Source: an uncultured Bacillota bacterium
GTDB lineage: Bacteria; Bacillota; DTU084
Length of the DNA stretch: 64,000 nt
NCBI GenBank assembly: GCA_937888735.1
Contig: CALASN010000164.1
Location: 26,643-90,642 of the forward strand
Reading direction: 5' to 3'
Position numbers and translations under genes: made by a program. Positions 10,301 to 19,356 of this stretch are shown piece by piece. The first letter of the stretch is position 1, and each line of letters begins with the position of its first letter. Under the pieces are notes generated by a model. It had not been told where the DNA came from. It saw only the letters and a program-made list of their open reading frames with translations, and searched no databases.

Positions 10301-10514
10301 CTCAAAGCAGAAGGTTATGTTGGGCGCCGTCTTTGAGGGGAACAAAGTTAAGAGCGCTCGTCAGTGGTGGGGAGATGAGGCTTTCAATCTTGAGCTCACT
10401 CTCAAACCGTTCCAGTTGGCCCCGGGTGAAGCATACGAGTTTGATACTTTATATTTCATCAAGAGAAGCGATGACTTTCAGACGATCAGAGACGAATGGT
10501 TAAAACGTAAGTGA
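7356..10514 (+). CDS. Giant secreted multidomain glycoside hydrolase, tandem paralog of 4101..7250 with the same domain order.
   Basis: 1052-aa ORF. GAGNETNLSG replaces GGNEPNF (the E is retained). ITETGCPTY nucleophile motif. Same C-terminal domain beginning LPPPPSL. Confidence 0.85.
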   Translation: MVKQKKVCFWFLIIIAMFASAALAEKIQGISYTYPDEPGQDSDIPHQDPLRTKLTDGNIGAGGGSAVWGQWQGNKAIVRFDLKRKYNLSAIEIWTREDSKDQHLGRVEILSSTNGSDYRRVRTLRNPREPLKEKPLKPNIYSFGAQDLNVEARYLKLTFYQDNLTAGIYQQVIEEVYLWGEPLPFGYDQKMPPVEFTAKVNTYSSVRLEIGDYLQRNPRAADLRVFVAEEDFRDAEGKEEYRQWWYLDDRKQTVIVNGLTPNHTYYIAAAGLSADDKQLRYLEPAAVRLPGVLAVEKVGDVFGVNAFPYIETGSSHQMRSPEAEREMFQLQVELAQEAGIKYNRWWRNYPSGLIPYVNAGVTYQVFLPQDAKSVKDTNDYGSWLFGAGNETNLSGTQPTDYVKSLKEGYQMMKAVSPENMLAAPVIHSIQAADWLRGFYQAGGKDYFDVMDIHIYQQSALPVPEGLPQGSPEGMLLQVAELKKIMKEYGDQAKPLITTETGCPTYTGRSWAVRGTTQEQQANNIVRMHLHLIASGFRRIFWYAFQDEGTDLNNMEHNFGVIDYHGKPKLAYYAYKTMLRQLGETLYHSSLKGAENPYYGYSFKKLNGEGYISCLWDAAGKSEAILKLAAEEGKVIVSDLFGSGRELTAGEQLTLTISESPIYIHTKAPIVVLSAKRLPPPPSLNVSASLPDDIMLAGEDSGLSVRFNSTLPGTVSGNVSVEGPFPVEQRKFAVTDETILALPLVLPKSAAPGLYALKIKVELPKQKVGGMNVSGVQELKLNFWLAAPADAKPAVYKRDFTGDGSEQILLTNEKWEILLAPEFGGRLILLIDKASKTNQLNADFADFSKACTGAGLGLWDALGSFTADLWNGKYEYNVIESERQIGINLQATGKSGVRVNKQLILPSSEDYFAYKVNFTNPTGRQLTVNYSTHPEFTPGGTADSTRDSLQLPTQGGIKNFPYVSALGERGSLELTEGWYAIADSKQKVMLGAVFEGNKVKSARQWWGDEAFNLELTLKPFQLAPGEAYEFDTLYFIKRSDDFQTIRDEWLKRK

Positions 10515-10568
10515 GCGCTGTGGAGGATTTTGATTGGAGAGAGAAAAATAACAACGAGGTGAGGAAGC

Positions 10569-11933
10569 ATGAAAAAAGTTGTCTGGATAGCGTTGGCGGT
10601 GATCGCTGCAGCGGGGATCTATTTTGGCGCCAGAAAACAGGTGGCTGAAGAGGAACCCAGCAAAGCTGGCAAGAAGGTAGTGGTGGTAATAAATAACGGC
10701 CCCAAAGAGACTAACAAAGCGGAGGTCAAAAAACTGAAGGATACCATCGCTCGCTTCAATAAGGTTTATCCTGAGATTGAAATCCGCTGGACTGATCGCA
10801 GCTATTCCCCGGATAGCTTCGCCACCAGCATGGCCGGAGGCACGGCCGAGGACGTATCCAGCGTTTTTGCCACGGAAAGCTATATAGCCGATCGCGGTTA
10901 CGCTCTGGATCTGACGGAACTGATCAATAACTGGGAGTACAAAGAGCAACTGAATCCCAGGATGCTGCAGCCTTTTACCAAACAAGGCCGTTATTATGGC
11001 TTTCCCGAAACAGGCTATATTATGGCGCTGGCGTACAACAAAAGATTGTTTCGCGAAGCCGGGATTGAAAATCCGCCGCAGACTTGGGAGGAATTTGTTG
11101 CAGCAGCCAAAAAGCTCACCGACCGCAAAACCGGCTGCTCCGGCTTCGGAATCATGGGACGAAGCAACTTTGCGGGTTGGGGTTTGCTGAATTGGGTCTG
11201 GCAAGCAGGAGGCGATTTTGAAAAAGAGCGCAACGGCAAGTGGAAGGCGGTTTTCGCAGAACCGGAAGCGGTGCGCGCGGTGGACTTCGTGAGGTCTTTG
11301 CGCTGGGAGCACGATGTTCTGCAGAGAAACTTGCTGGTTGGCGTGGAAGAGTTGATGCAGAGCTTCGCCGCAGGCCAGCTGGGCATGATGCTCGTCACCA
11401 GCACGACCTATAATATTCCCCTAATGGTCAATCAATATAAAATGAAGCTTGAGGACGTCGGGCTTGCCATGCTGCCCGCCGGGCCAGCGGGCAGAGCAAA
11501 TCAGCTGGGCGGCAGCTTTGCCGTGATCAATCCCACCAGCCCGAAAGAAGTCCAGGAAGCGGCATTTAAATGGATCGCCTGGCGGGCGCTGCAAGGATAT
11601 GATCCCCGGCAGATTCAGAATCTGGCGGACTTGAATCGTAAACAGGGCTTGGTCACAGGCACTTCCTCTGTTCCCATCATGGTAGGCGAAATCGCGAAAA
11701 AAGCAGACGAGGTAATCGATAAAAATCGCGATGTGTTCGTGGTCTTCGATGATGCGGTGGAAGCTTCCAAGTATATTCACCTTGAGCCGCCGTTTTTCTG
11801 CCAGCAGCTGTACTCAGAGTACCTTGGCCCTGTGATTGAGGCTGTCTTAACTAATAAAAACGCCGCTCCCAAACAGAGCTTGGCTAAAGCGGCAGCTAAT
11901 TTTGAAAGCAGATTTTTGGCGCAAGTTAAATGA
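10569..11933 (+). CDS. Extracellular solute-binding protein (ABC transporter family-1 sugar-binding protein). It is membrane-anchored by an N-terminal TM helix and has no lipobox Cys.
   Basis: 454 aa. N-terminus MKKVVWIALAVIAAAGIYFG. Length and composition are typical of a sugar-binding protein. AGGAGG-like RBS (gaggtgagga). Confidence 0.75.
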   Translation: MKKVVWIALAVIAAAGIYFGARKQVAEEEPSKAGKKVVVVINNGPKETNKAEVKKLKDTIARFNKVYPEIEIRWTDRSYSPDSFATSMAGGTAEDVSSVFATESYIADRGYALDLTELINNWEYKEQLNPRMLQPFTKQGRYYGFPETGYIMALAYNKRLFREAGIENPPQTWEEFVAAAKKLTDRKTGCSGFGIMGRSNFAGWGLLNWVWQAGGDFEKERNGKWKAVFAEPEAVRAVDFVRSLRWEHDVLQRNLLVGVEELMQSFAAGQLGMMLVTSTTYNIPLMVNQYKMKLEDVGLAMLPAGPAGRANQLGGSFAVINPTSPKEVQEAAFKWIAWRALQGYDPRQIQNLADLNRKQGLVTGTSSVPIMVGEIAKKADEVIDKNRDVFVVFDDAVEASKYIHLEPPFFCQQLYSEYLGPVIEAVLTNKNAAPKQSLAKAAANFESRFLAQVK

Positions 11934-11991
11934 GATGCGTAGAGGCAGGTTGAGAGCAGCATAAAGATAAAAAGCAAGGAGAGAATCTTAG

Positions 11992-12969
11992 ATGAATAAG
12001 AACATTTTAGTTGGAGACGCGATTCCTAACATGCCGTGGGAAGACAGACCCAAGGATTCCCAGGAGATTATCTGGCGTTCCCGCAGGAACCCAATTATCC
12101 CCAGAGATCTTATTCTCTCGGCCAACAGCATTTTCAACAGCGCGGTTGTGCCTTTCCAAGGCCGGTTTGCCGGCGTCTTTCGCTGCGATGACAAAGCGCG
12201 GGACATGAACCTGCACAAAGGCTTCAGCGAAGACGGCGTCAAGTGGAGGCTGTCCGAAGAGGCCATCTCCTTCAACTGCGAAGCTCCGGAGATCAAATAT
12301 ACCCACGGCTATGATCCCAGGGCTGTTTTCATTGAAGACCGGTATTATATTACCTGGTGCAACGTTTACTGCGGCCAGCCCACCGTCGGCGTGGGCTATA
12401 CTTTCGACTTTGAAGAGTTCCATCAGCTGGAGAACGCCTTTTTGCCGTTTAACCGCAACGGGGTCTTGTTCCCCCGCAGGATCAACGGCGCCTACGCGAT
12501 GCTCAGCCGCCCCAGCGACAGCGGGCATACGCCTTTCGGAGATATTTTTTATAGCCAAAGCCCGGACATGATCCACTGGGGGCATCACAGATTGGTGATG
12601 CGTCCCACAGAAGGCTGGCAGAGCACCAAGATCGGGGCGGGCCCGATTCCAATCGAAACCGCCGAAGGTTGGCTTTTGCTCTACCACGGAGTGCTGACCT
12701 CCTGCAATGGTTTCGTCTACAGCTTTGGCGTAGCCCTTTTAGATTTGGAAGAACCTTGGCGGGTGCTGCACAGGTCCAAGCAATACCTGCTTTCACCGCA
12801 AGCGCTCTACGAGTGCGTGGGCGACGTGCCGAATGTTGTTTTTCCGTGCGCCGCGCTGTGCGACGCGGACAGCGGCAGGATCGCGATTTACTATGGCGCT
12901 GCGGACACGGTGACAGCGCTGGCTTTCACCACGGCTGATGCGCTTTTAGACTTTGCAAAGAGCAAATAG
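11992..12969 (+). CDS. GH130-family glycoside phosphorylase/glycosidase (DUF377 5-bladed beta-propeller), cytoplasmic.
   Basis: 325 aa with no signal peptide. The N-terminal pattern [37 protein letters not shown] matches the GH130 hallmark NPI...FN.AVV...G.F.GVFR. Confidence 0.65.
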   Translation: MNKNILVGDAIPNMPWEDRPKDSQEIIWRSRRNPIIPRDLILSANSIFNSAVVPFQGRFAGVFRCDDKARDMNLHKGFSEDGVKWRLSEEAISFNCEAPEIKYTHGYDPRAVFIEDRYYITWCNVYCGQPTVGVGYTFDFEEFHQLENAFLPFNRNGVLFPRRINGAYAMLSRPSDSGHTPFGDIFYSQSPDMIHWGHHRLVMRPTEGWQSTKIGAGPIPIETAEGWLLLYHGVLTSCNGFVYSFGVALLDLEEPWRVLHRSKQYLLSPQALYECVGDVPNVVFPCAALCDADSGRIAIYYGAADTVTALAFTTADALLDFAKSK

Positions 12970-13019
12970 CCGAGGGCGCAGAAAGCGCTATTAAAGTGAG
13001 ATTTGCAGAGAGCTTCCGA

Positions 13020-14213
13020 CTAAAAAGCCGCGGAAGCTCTCTTCTTTTTTGCGGTGGAGCTCCAAAGCCATAAGAGAAAAGTCAGCGTCAAGACAGCTAA
13101 AGAGCTGCTCCAAAAGGTAGCGCTCAAGCCCCACCGGTCCGCAGCCGCGCCTGCCAGGAGAGGCGCCACAAGCCCTCCCAGGTTGATTACCGCCTGCTCG
13201 ATGCCATAGGCCCGGCCGCGAAACTCCTCGGGCACGTCCCGGGCGATCATGGAGGCGGCGGAGGGAGTGACTGCTGCCAGGAAAAAGCCGTAGCTGAGAT
13301 ACATCACGGAGAATTTCCCAATTGTGTTCATGAACGCTGAGAACAGCAAAAAAAGCGAGGAGCCGCAAAGCCCCCAAAAGGCAACCCCGGCGTATGATTT
13401 TCGCTCGGCCAGCCTGTTCCAGGGATAAGCGCTGAGCACAAAGGCCAGCCCGGGCAGGGAGAAGACTACCCCCGCCAGCCACGGCGGGCCCTGGGGACTC
13501 AGTTTGGCAAGGTGCAGGGTGAGCAGAGGCTGCACTGCCAAAGAAATTGCGGTGCCCAAGAACACCAGCCCTAAGGCTAAGAGCAAGACAGGTTGTTTTC
13601 CAGCCAGGCAGAGATCTTCCCAGAGGCTGGTTTCTTTGCCGGCCACAGGTTTTTGGCGCTCTTCCACCAGAAAAATCACCAAGATAGTTGACAGCAGTAC
13701 GGAAAGGCCGGAGACGCGCATGGCGCCGCGATAACCGAACTGCGCGGCTAATAAGCCTCCCATGGCCGGGCCGGCGATGGTGCCTGCGGCGTTGGCGGTC
13801 TGGACGATGGAGACAAATCTCCCTGCCAAAACCGGAGGGGTGTTGGTTGCCACCAGCGCGATCGCTCCAGGCACAAAGCCGGTGAGGACTCCATTGAGGA
13901 AGCGGGTCACAGCGACCTGCCAGGGTGCCTGACACAGGCTCATGGCAAAATAAATAGCAGTAAGGCAGAAGCCGGCTCGCACAACCATCGGTTTGCGGCC
14001 TTTGCTGTCGCCGATTTTCCCCCAAAACGGCTGCATGATAATGGCGGCGCCATAGTTCAGCGCAAAGACAAAGCTGGACCACGCGGCCACCTGAGCGCCG
14101 ACCCCAAGTTCCCGCAAAAACTGGGGCATGAAGGGAATTACTTGGTTCCAACTGCTTGACGCCAAAAAGTTGGTCAAAGACAGGACAAACAGATTTTTTT
14201 GGTAATAATTCAT
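13020..14213 (-). CDS. MFS transporter (12-TM, YttB/multidrug-like fold), possibly an oligosaccharide or sugar permease for this locus.
   Basis: 397-aa hydrophobic protein starting MNYYQKNLFVLSLTNFLASSSWNQVIPFMPQF. The MFS loop motif G.IGDSKGRKP is present. Confidence 0.8.
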   Translation of the reverse strand: MNYYQKNLFVLSLTNFLASSSWNQVIPFMPQFLRELGVGAQVAAWSSFVFALNYGAAIIMQPFWGKIGDSKGRKPMVVRAGFCLTAIYFAMSLCQAPWQVAVTRFLNGVLTGFVPGAIALVATNTPPVLAGRFVSIVQTANAAGTIAGPAMGGLLAAQFGYRGAMRVSGLSVLLSTILVIFLVEERQKPVAGKETSLWEDLCLAGKQPVLLLALGLVFLGTAISLAVQPLLTLHLAKLSPQGPPWLAGVVFSLPGLAFVLSAYPWNRLAERKSYAGVAFWGLCGSSLFLLFSAFMNTIGKFSVMYLSYGFFLAAVTPSAASMIARDVPEEFRGRAYGIEQAVINLGGLVAPLLAGAAADRWGLSATFWSSSLAVLTLTFLLWLWSSTAKKKRASAAF

Positions 14214-14262
14214 TTTTTCACCTTAATTGCTAAATCTCCTTCCAGAGCAAAAGGGGAAGAGC

Positions 14263-15249
14263 TCAGCCTCCCGAAGATTCTCTGATGATCAATTTGGTGG
14301 GAGCGAGAATCTTTAAGGGTTCGGAGTCGCTTTGTAAAAGCGCCAGGAGCCTTTGCGCGCCGAGGGCGCCGATCAGCCGTTTGGGAACGCAGACTGTGGA
14401 CAGCGGCGGCTGGCTGTGCGCGGAAAAAGGGCTCTCTCCGAACCCGATGATCGCCAGATCCGCGGGGATCCTTTTGCCCATGGCCTGGGCTTGGCGCATG
14501 GCGCCTAGAGCCATTATGTCGTCGCCGACGAAAACCGCGCTGAGAGCAGGATTTCGTTCTAAAAGTTTCGCTATTTGCGAGGCGCCGCCTTCGGTTGTGA
14601 AATCTCCCTCTGCGCAGAGCGAAGGCTCAAACGCCAGTCCGCCTTCCGATAAAGCTTGGCGATACCCGGCCAGTTTTGCCGCGCTGGTATGGGTACGGGA
14701 CCAACCGTTGACGAACCCTATTTTCCTGTGACCCAGCTCTAAAAGATGCCGGGAGGCCCAATAGGCGCCTTTCTGATTATCTGCCAACACGCAGTTCAAA
14801 TCTAAGGTGGGGTGTTCGGTATAAAGGAGGACTAAAGGAAGCTTCTGGCAGACTAGTTTCTCCACCAGCCGGTCCGAGATGGAGCCGCCGATGACCAGGA
14901 GTCTCTCGATGTTGCCCTCTTCCACCATGGGAGGCGCCTGCGCGTTCAGCCCATCGATGATGTGGAAGTTCAGCTGGTAATTCTGCTTTGAGACAACCTC
15001 CTGAATGGCTGAGATTGCTTCCGCAGTGTAATAGCTGCCGCCCCGTTCTTGGGGAGGGGCGTAATAGATTACGCCCAGCTGTCCCGAAACCAAACTGCGC
15101 TGCTTCTGAAAGTATCCCAGCTCTTTGGCGGCGGCTAAGATTCGTTTCCGGGTAGAGGCGCTCACTCTCCCTTTTTTGTGCAGCACGTTAGAGACCGTGG
15201 TGATGGAAACGCCGGTCGCTTTGCTGATCTCCCGCATTCCTACAGGCAT
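14263..15249 (-). CDS. LacI-family transcriptional regulator.
   Basis: N-terminal HTH MREISKATGVSITTVSNVLH plus a periplasmic-binding-fold sugar-binding domain. 328 aa. Confidence 0.85.
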   Translation of the reverse strand: MPVGMREISKATGVSITTVSNVLHKKGRVSASTRKRILAAAKELGYFQKQRSLVSGQLGVIYYAPPQERGGSYYTAEAISAIQEVVSKQNYQLNFHIIDGLNAQAPPMVEEGNIERLLVIGGSISDRLVEKLVCQKLPLVLLYTEHPTLDLNCVLADNQKGAYWASRHLLELGHRKIGFVNGWSRTHTSAAKLAGYRQALSEGGLAFEPSLCAEGDFTTEGGASQIAKLLERNPALSAVFVGDDIMALGAMRQAQAMGKRIPADLAIIGFGESPFSAHSQPPLSTVCVPKRLIGALGAQRLLALLQSDSEPLKILAPTKLIIRESSGG

Positions 15250-15421
15250 TTTTCTCGCTCCTCAAATAGACTGCTTCCATAATAAACCTTTTCGCCGCTT
15301 TTTGTCAACCAGATTTAAGCGAAGGAAACAAGGGGAAGCAGCTTTAATTTTGCTTAAATGTGATTGACTATTAAATCATATCGTGCTATATTTAAAGCAA
15401 ATCGCTGGCAAAGGGAGGATG

Positions 15422-17829
15422 AATGTGAAAGAATTGGATCGGGTTGTGCTAGAGATGAGCTTGAAACCTTTCCGCAGAACTGAACCGGCTTGGCTGCGGA
15501 AGACTTGTCAGGAGGCATTCCGGCAGTGGGGACCGCTGCTTGCCAAAAGCAAAAGAGCCTCTGTGCTGCTGTGGGTATCCGATGGCAGCGAGCTGCTCAC
15601 CTGGCAGGGAGATTTGGCCGCCAGCTTCGAATGGGCAAAATATCTTGGCTTTTGCAATACCATTACCATGCCTACACCGGAAATGAATTCTCGCCGGAGC
15701 GAGTGGCGCGACCATATGCGCCGGCTCCTCCGGTCATGACCTATGAGATTCTCAAGACCATCATCGAGCTTTTGAAACAGACGGCCGAAGCGGAACTGGG
15801 CTTGGAGCTGACAGTTGGCGCCACTTTCGATCCTGGGCCTGAATTTGCTTATTCGCAGTTTAAATATAAAAACCACCCTGAGATCATAGTGGACAGATAC
15901 AACAGTTCCATCGGCGAGACCATAGCTGAGGTGAATCACGCCGCCAAACTGCGCGGCGATTCCGCGCGTTATGCCGCCTTCCCACAGGGAATCCAAGAGG
16001 GAACCGCCTTCGGCACTTTCTTAGGCAAACAGGCGCAAAGCTACTTGACTGCCCTGGGTTTTGACTATCTGTGGCTTTCCAATGGTTTTGGCTTCACCCC
16101 TTATCCGTGGACCATGCTGGGAGACAACTTTGACGGCAGTCAATTCGGCAAGGCTGATTTTGAGAAAGCAAGGCAAACGCTCCTGGCTTTCTGGGAAGAC
16201 TTCACTGCTGCCTGTCATTATCCATTGGAGGCGCGAGGAACTAATTTCACCACTGGGATCGATCTGGCAAAAGATTGCATCCCCTTGGCCGACTTATATA
16301 AATATCTCCCCTTGCCGCCGCCTAATTCCCCCTGGGGAGCTTTGAATTTCGACTTTGGGCTGGAGCTGGCGGGATTCATGTCCAGGATCGCCGAGACCCC
16401 AAAAGGAGATTTCATGTTTCGCTATTACATCAACGATCCTTGGTTTTGGCAAAATCCCTGGTTTGATCTGTACGAAGGCCAGCCTTTTGATCTCTATTGC
16501 CCTTTGGTCACGGCCGGCGTGGACGCTGCGGGCCAGGTGAGAAGCGCGAAGACAATCCAGTTTCTGGCCATAGATACGGCCCGGGGGAAGCTGCCGGAGA
16601 GATGTCCGCGGGAGGTGATTCCGCATCTTCTGCGAGCTGTGGAAGAAGCGCCGGACAACTTTGGGCCTGTGAGCTGGCTTTATCCCTTCGCGGAATATCA
16701 CCGGCTCCCAGGAGATTCTCAGCTGGCGTTTTTCGGAGACTTTTTCGTCCGCAGCGCCATCAACAGCGGCTTGCCTCTCAACACGGTGCTTTCTACTGAC
16801 ACTTTCCGCAAACTCCTGGCGGAGAAAAATGAGCGGCTGTTTGAGACCGTCCTGCTGGCGCCAGTGCCCTGGGACGGCGCTTATGAACGCGAGCTCTGTC
16901 AGTTCATCTCCTCTGGCGGCAAAGTCCTGCTCTACGGGCCGTTCAACGGGGCTGCGGAATTGCGCAGGCTGCTGAACATCTCCCTCAAAGAGCCCTTGGC
17001 AGGGGAAATGGAGCTGGAGCTTTCCCTTGAGACAGACACCTTCCGCGGTCGGGGACCTGACAAATTTAAGCATGATCCTGCAATTTCCGCAGGCGGCGTC
17101 CGCGAGCTTCTGACCGCAGCCGATGGATACACACATGTGGACGCTGTGGCGAGACAAGGAGCGGAGGAGCGGATTTACGCGCTCACGTGCAGCCGGCCGG
17201 ACTGGAGAGGCGGCCGAGTAGGCTGGGTGCGGGGCTCCCTGCCGTTTTCGACCAAACGGGAGAGCGGACAAGAGCTGAGAATGCCGAAGAATTATCCGCC
17301 GGCGTATTTTGACGCCTCTGTGCTGCCCAGATATCAGCTGAGCGCGTTTGGTTACAGATTGCGCCAGGTGCGGGAAGACGCTGCGACTCCCGCCAGCTTA
17401 CTTTTGGTTTCCAGACACAACAACAGCTTTGTTTTCTCCGGCTGTCAGACCAACCAGACCACAGAACTGCTTTTGGAATTTCCCGACGGCGCGCCTGTGA
17501 TCTCGGGCAGGGAGACGCCGGTTGCCGGCAGGCAGGCGGGTTATGTCTTCTCTCGGACCATCAGGGAAAACTGCCGCCTGTTTGTGGAGCAAAAGGAGCG
17601 GTCCGTGCTCGCCTGTCGGGAGCGGCGGCCTTTCCCGGCAGACAAAGTGCGACGTTTGCTGGTTACAAATTTGCAAGCAGCTACGGTCACGGTTTTTCCC
17701 CCCGGGGACAGAATGGCGGAATTTCTGGCAGAGGAAAATGGAATCCGGCTTGGAGAAGAGAGGCTCCGGCGCCGGAAAGAGAAAATCATCCTGTACGATA
17801 TCAACGGCACACTTGAGCTAGCCTGGTGA
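15422..17829 (+). pseudogene. Frameshifted gene for a ~800-aa cytoplasmic protein of unknown function (possible glycoside hydrolase or phosphorylase). The N-terminal ~85 codons are in frame 2 and the rest in frame 1 (ORFs 15383..15739 and 15490..17829), joined by a single-nt indel near 15670-15700.
   Basis: Frame 2 starts MNVKELDRVVLEMSLKPFRR with a GGGAGG RBS and reads protein-like until about 15690. Frame 1 reads protein-like from ...GNEFSPERVARPYAPAPPVMTYEILKTII onward. No X XXY YYZ slippery heptamer is present. Confidence 0.55.
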
Positions 17830-17841
17830 GGAGCGAAAAAA

Positions 17842-19284
17842 ATGTTAGAACGAATTGAGATTTCTAAAGGCAGAATCGGCTATTTTCACCTGGGCCACCA
17901 GCCATACTGGCAGCAATTTCCGGAACTGAAAGCGCAGCTCGAGCTGTACGCCTCTCAGTTTAAAGAGAAGCTCATGGCCTTCGGCCAAGCTGAAATCATC
18001 GACGGCGGGCTTGTGGATACAGCCCAAAGAGCCCGGGAGGTGGGAGATTATTTCCGGGCCCAGGGCGTTGATCTGCTTCTGTGTTACGTGACCACCTACG
18101 CTACCTCCGCCGTGCTGCTTCCTGTGGTGCAACGCTCTGGCGCCGATGTGGTGCTCCTGGGACTGCAGCCGAACTCCCGCATGGATTGTACGGTCTCCAC
18201 CACGTTCGATCAACTCTGCCACGATAACGTCACCAGCCTCCCGGAACTGTGCTGCGCGCTTCTGCGAGCCGGGATCAAACCTTTGGACGTCTTGGTGGGC
18301 GCGGCCCAGGGAGACGCCAGAGTGGAGCGGGAGCTATCCCAGTGGCTGGACGCGGCAACAGTGAAGAGAAACGTGACAGACGCCAGGCTCGGCCTTTTGG
18401 GTCACGTTTATGAGGGAATGCTTGATATGCACTCCGATCCCACCATGTTTCACGGCGCCTGGGGCGCGCACATTCAAATGCTGGAGATGTGCGATCTCGA
18501 GGAAGCGGTCTGTGGCGTCGCAGCCTCCGAGGTCGCAGCAAAGCTCGCTGAAATAAAAGAGGAGTTTGTGTTGGCCCAGCCCAGCCACGACCCAATCGCG
18601 GGGCTCATCTCGCCGGAGGATTTGGACTGGTCCGCGCGGGTAGCTTGCGCTTTAGAAAAATTAATCGGCGCCTACAAGCTGGATGGGATGGCCTATTATT
18701 ATAAAGGAAAGGGAGAGTATGAAAAGCTGATTTCCGGGATGATCATCGGCAGCTCGCTGCTCACAGGCAGGGGAATACCCATGGCCGGGGAACTGGATCT
18801 GAAGACATGCCTCGCCATGCTGATCATGGATCGGCTTGGGTGCGGCGGCTCTTTCTGCGAATTGCATCCTGTGGATTTCGACGACGATATAGTGCTGGTA
18901 GGGCACGACGGACCTGCCCATATCAGGATCAGCGACGCCAAACCTGTGATCCGAAAACTGAAACTCTTCCACGGTAAGCGAGGCTCGGGTCTCTCAGTGG
19001 AATTCAAAGTCCGCACCGGCCCTGTGACCCTTCTGGGACTCACCCAGACCGCCGGCGGCGACTTCAAATTTGTGGCTGCAAAAGGCGAATCGCTCAAAGG
19101 AGAAATTCCTCGCTCCGGCAATACCAACACCCGGGTGCGTTTTGCCACGGGCGTGGCAGAGTTTATCGAAAAATGGTCGCTGGCAGGTCCAACCCACCAT
19201 TTCGCGCTGGGAGCGGGGGATAAGCTCTCCGCTTTGCAAAAGGCGGCGCAAGTTTTGAAAACTGAGTTGGTTGTTGTCTCCTAG
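17842..19284 (+). CDS. L-arabinose isomerase / L-fucose isomerase family protein (AraA-like sugar isomerase).
   Basis: 480 aa. The C-terminal WSLAGPTHHFALGAG resembles AraA WILAGGAHHTCFS. GHDGPAHIRI resembles the AraA metal-binding His region. Confidence 0.6.
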   Translation: MLERIEISKGRIGYFHLGHQPYWQQFPELKAQLELYASQFKEKLMAFGQAEIIDGGLVDTAQRAREVGDYFRAQGVDLLLCYVTTYATSAVLLPVVQRSGADVVLLGLQPNSRMDCTVSTTFDQLCHDNVTSLPELCCALLRAGIKPLDVLVGAAQGDARVERELSQWLDAATVKRNVTDARLGLLGHVYEGMLDMHSDPTMFHGAWGAHIQMLEMCDLEEAVCGVAASEVAAKLAEIKEEFVLAQPSHDPIAGLISPEDLDWSARVACALEKLIGAYKLDGMAYYYKGKGEYEKLISGMIIGSSLLTGRGIPMAGELDLKTCLAMLIMDRLGCGGSFCELHPVDFDDDIVLVGHDGPAHIRISDAKPVIRKLKLFHGKRGSGLSVEFKVRTGPVTLLGLTQTAGGDFKFVAAKGESLKGEIPRSGNTNTRVRFATGVAEFIEKWSLAGPTHHFALGAGDKLSALQKAAQVLKTELVVVS

Positions 19285-19356
19285 CAACCTCCCAAGCCTA
19301 AGCCGGTGGCAAGCTGGCCGCTTTTATGCTAAGATAAGCGGAGAGGTGATTTTGCT

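Noticed and set aside
12991-14151. 386-aa minus-strand ORF in another frame antisense to the MFS transporter. Similar long antisense or out-of-frame ORFs occur at 10500..11312, 16294..17271, 19324..20409, 20899..21864, 30325..31065 and 47549..48409.
   Set aside because: They overlap well-supported genes on the same or opposite strand, have Arg/Pro/Gly-rich low-complexity translations typical of GC-rich antisense frames, and lack RBSs. They are treated as spurious.
15660-15700. Programmed -1 ribosomal frameshift joining ORFs 15383..15739 and 15490..17829.
   Set aside because: There is no X XXY YYZ slippery heptamer or obvious downstream pseudoknot at the frame junction. A mutational or sequencing indel is more parsimonious.
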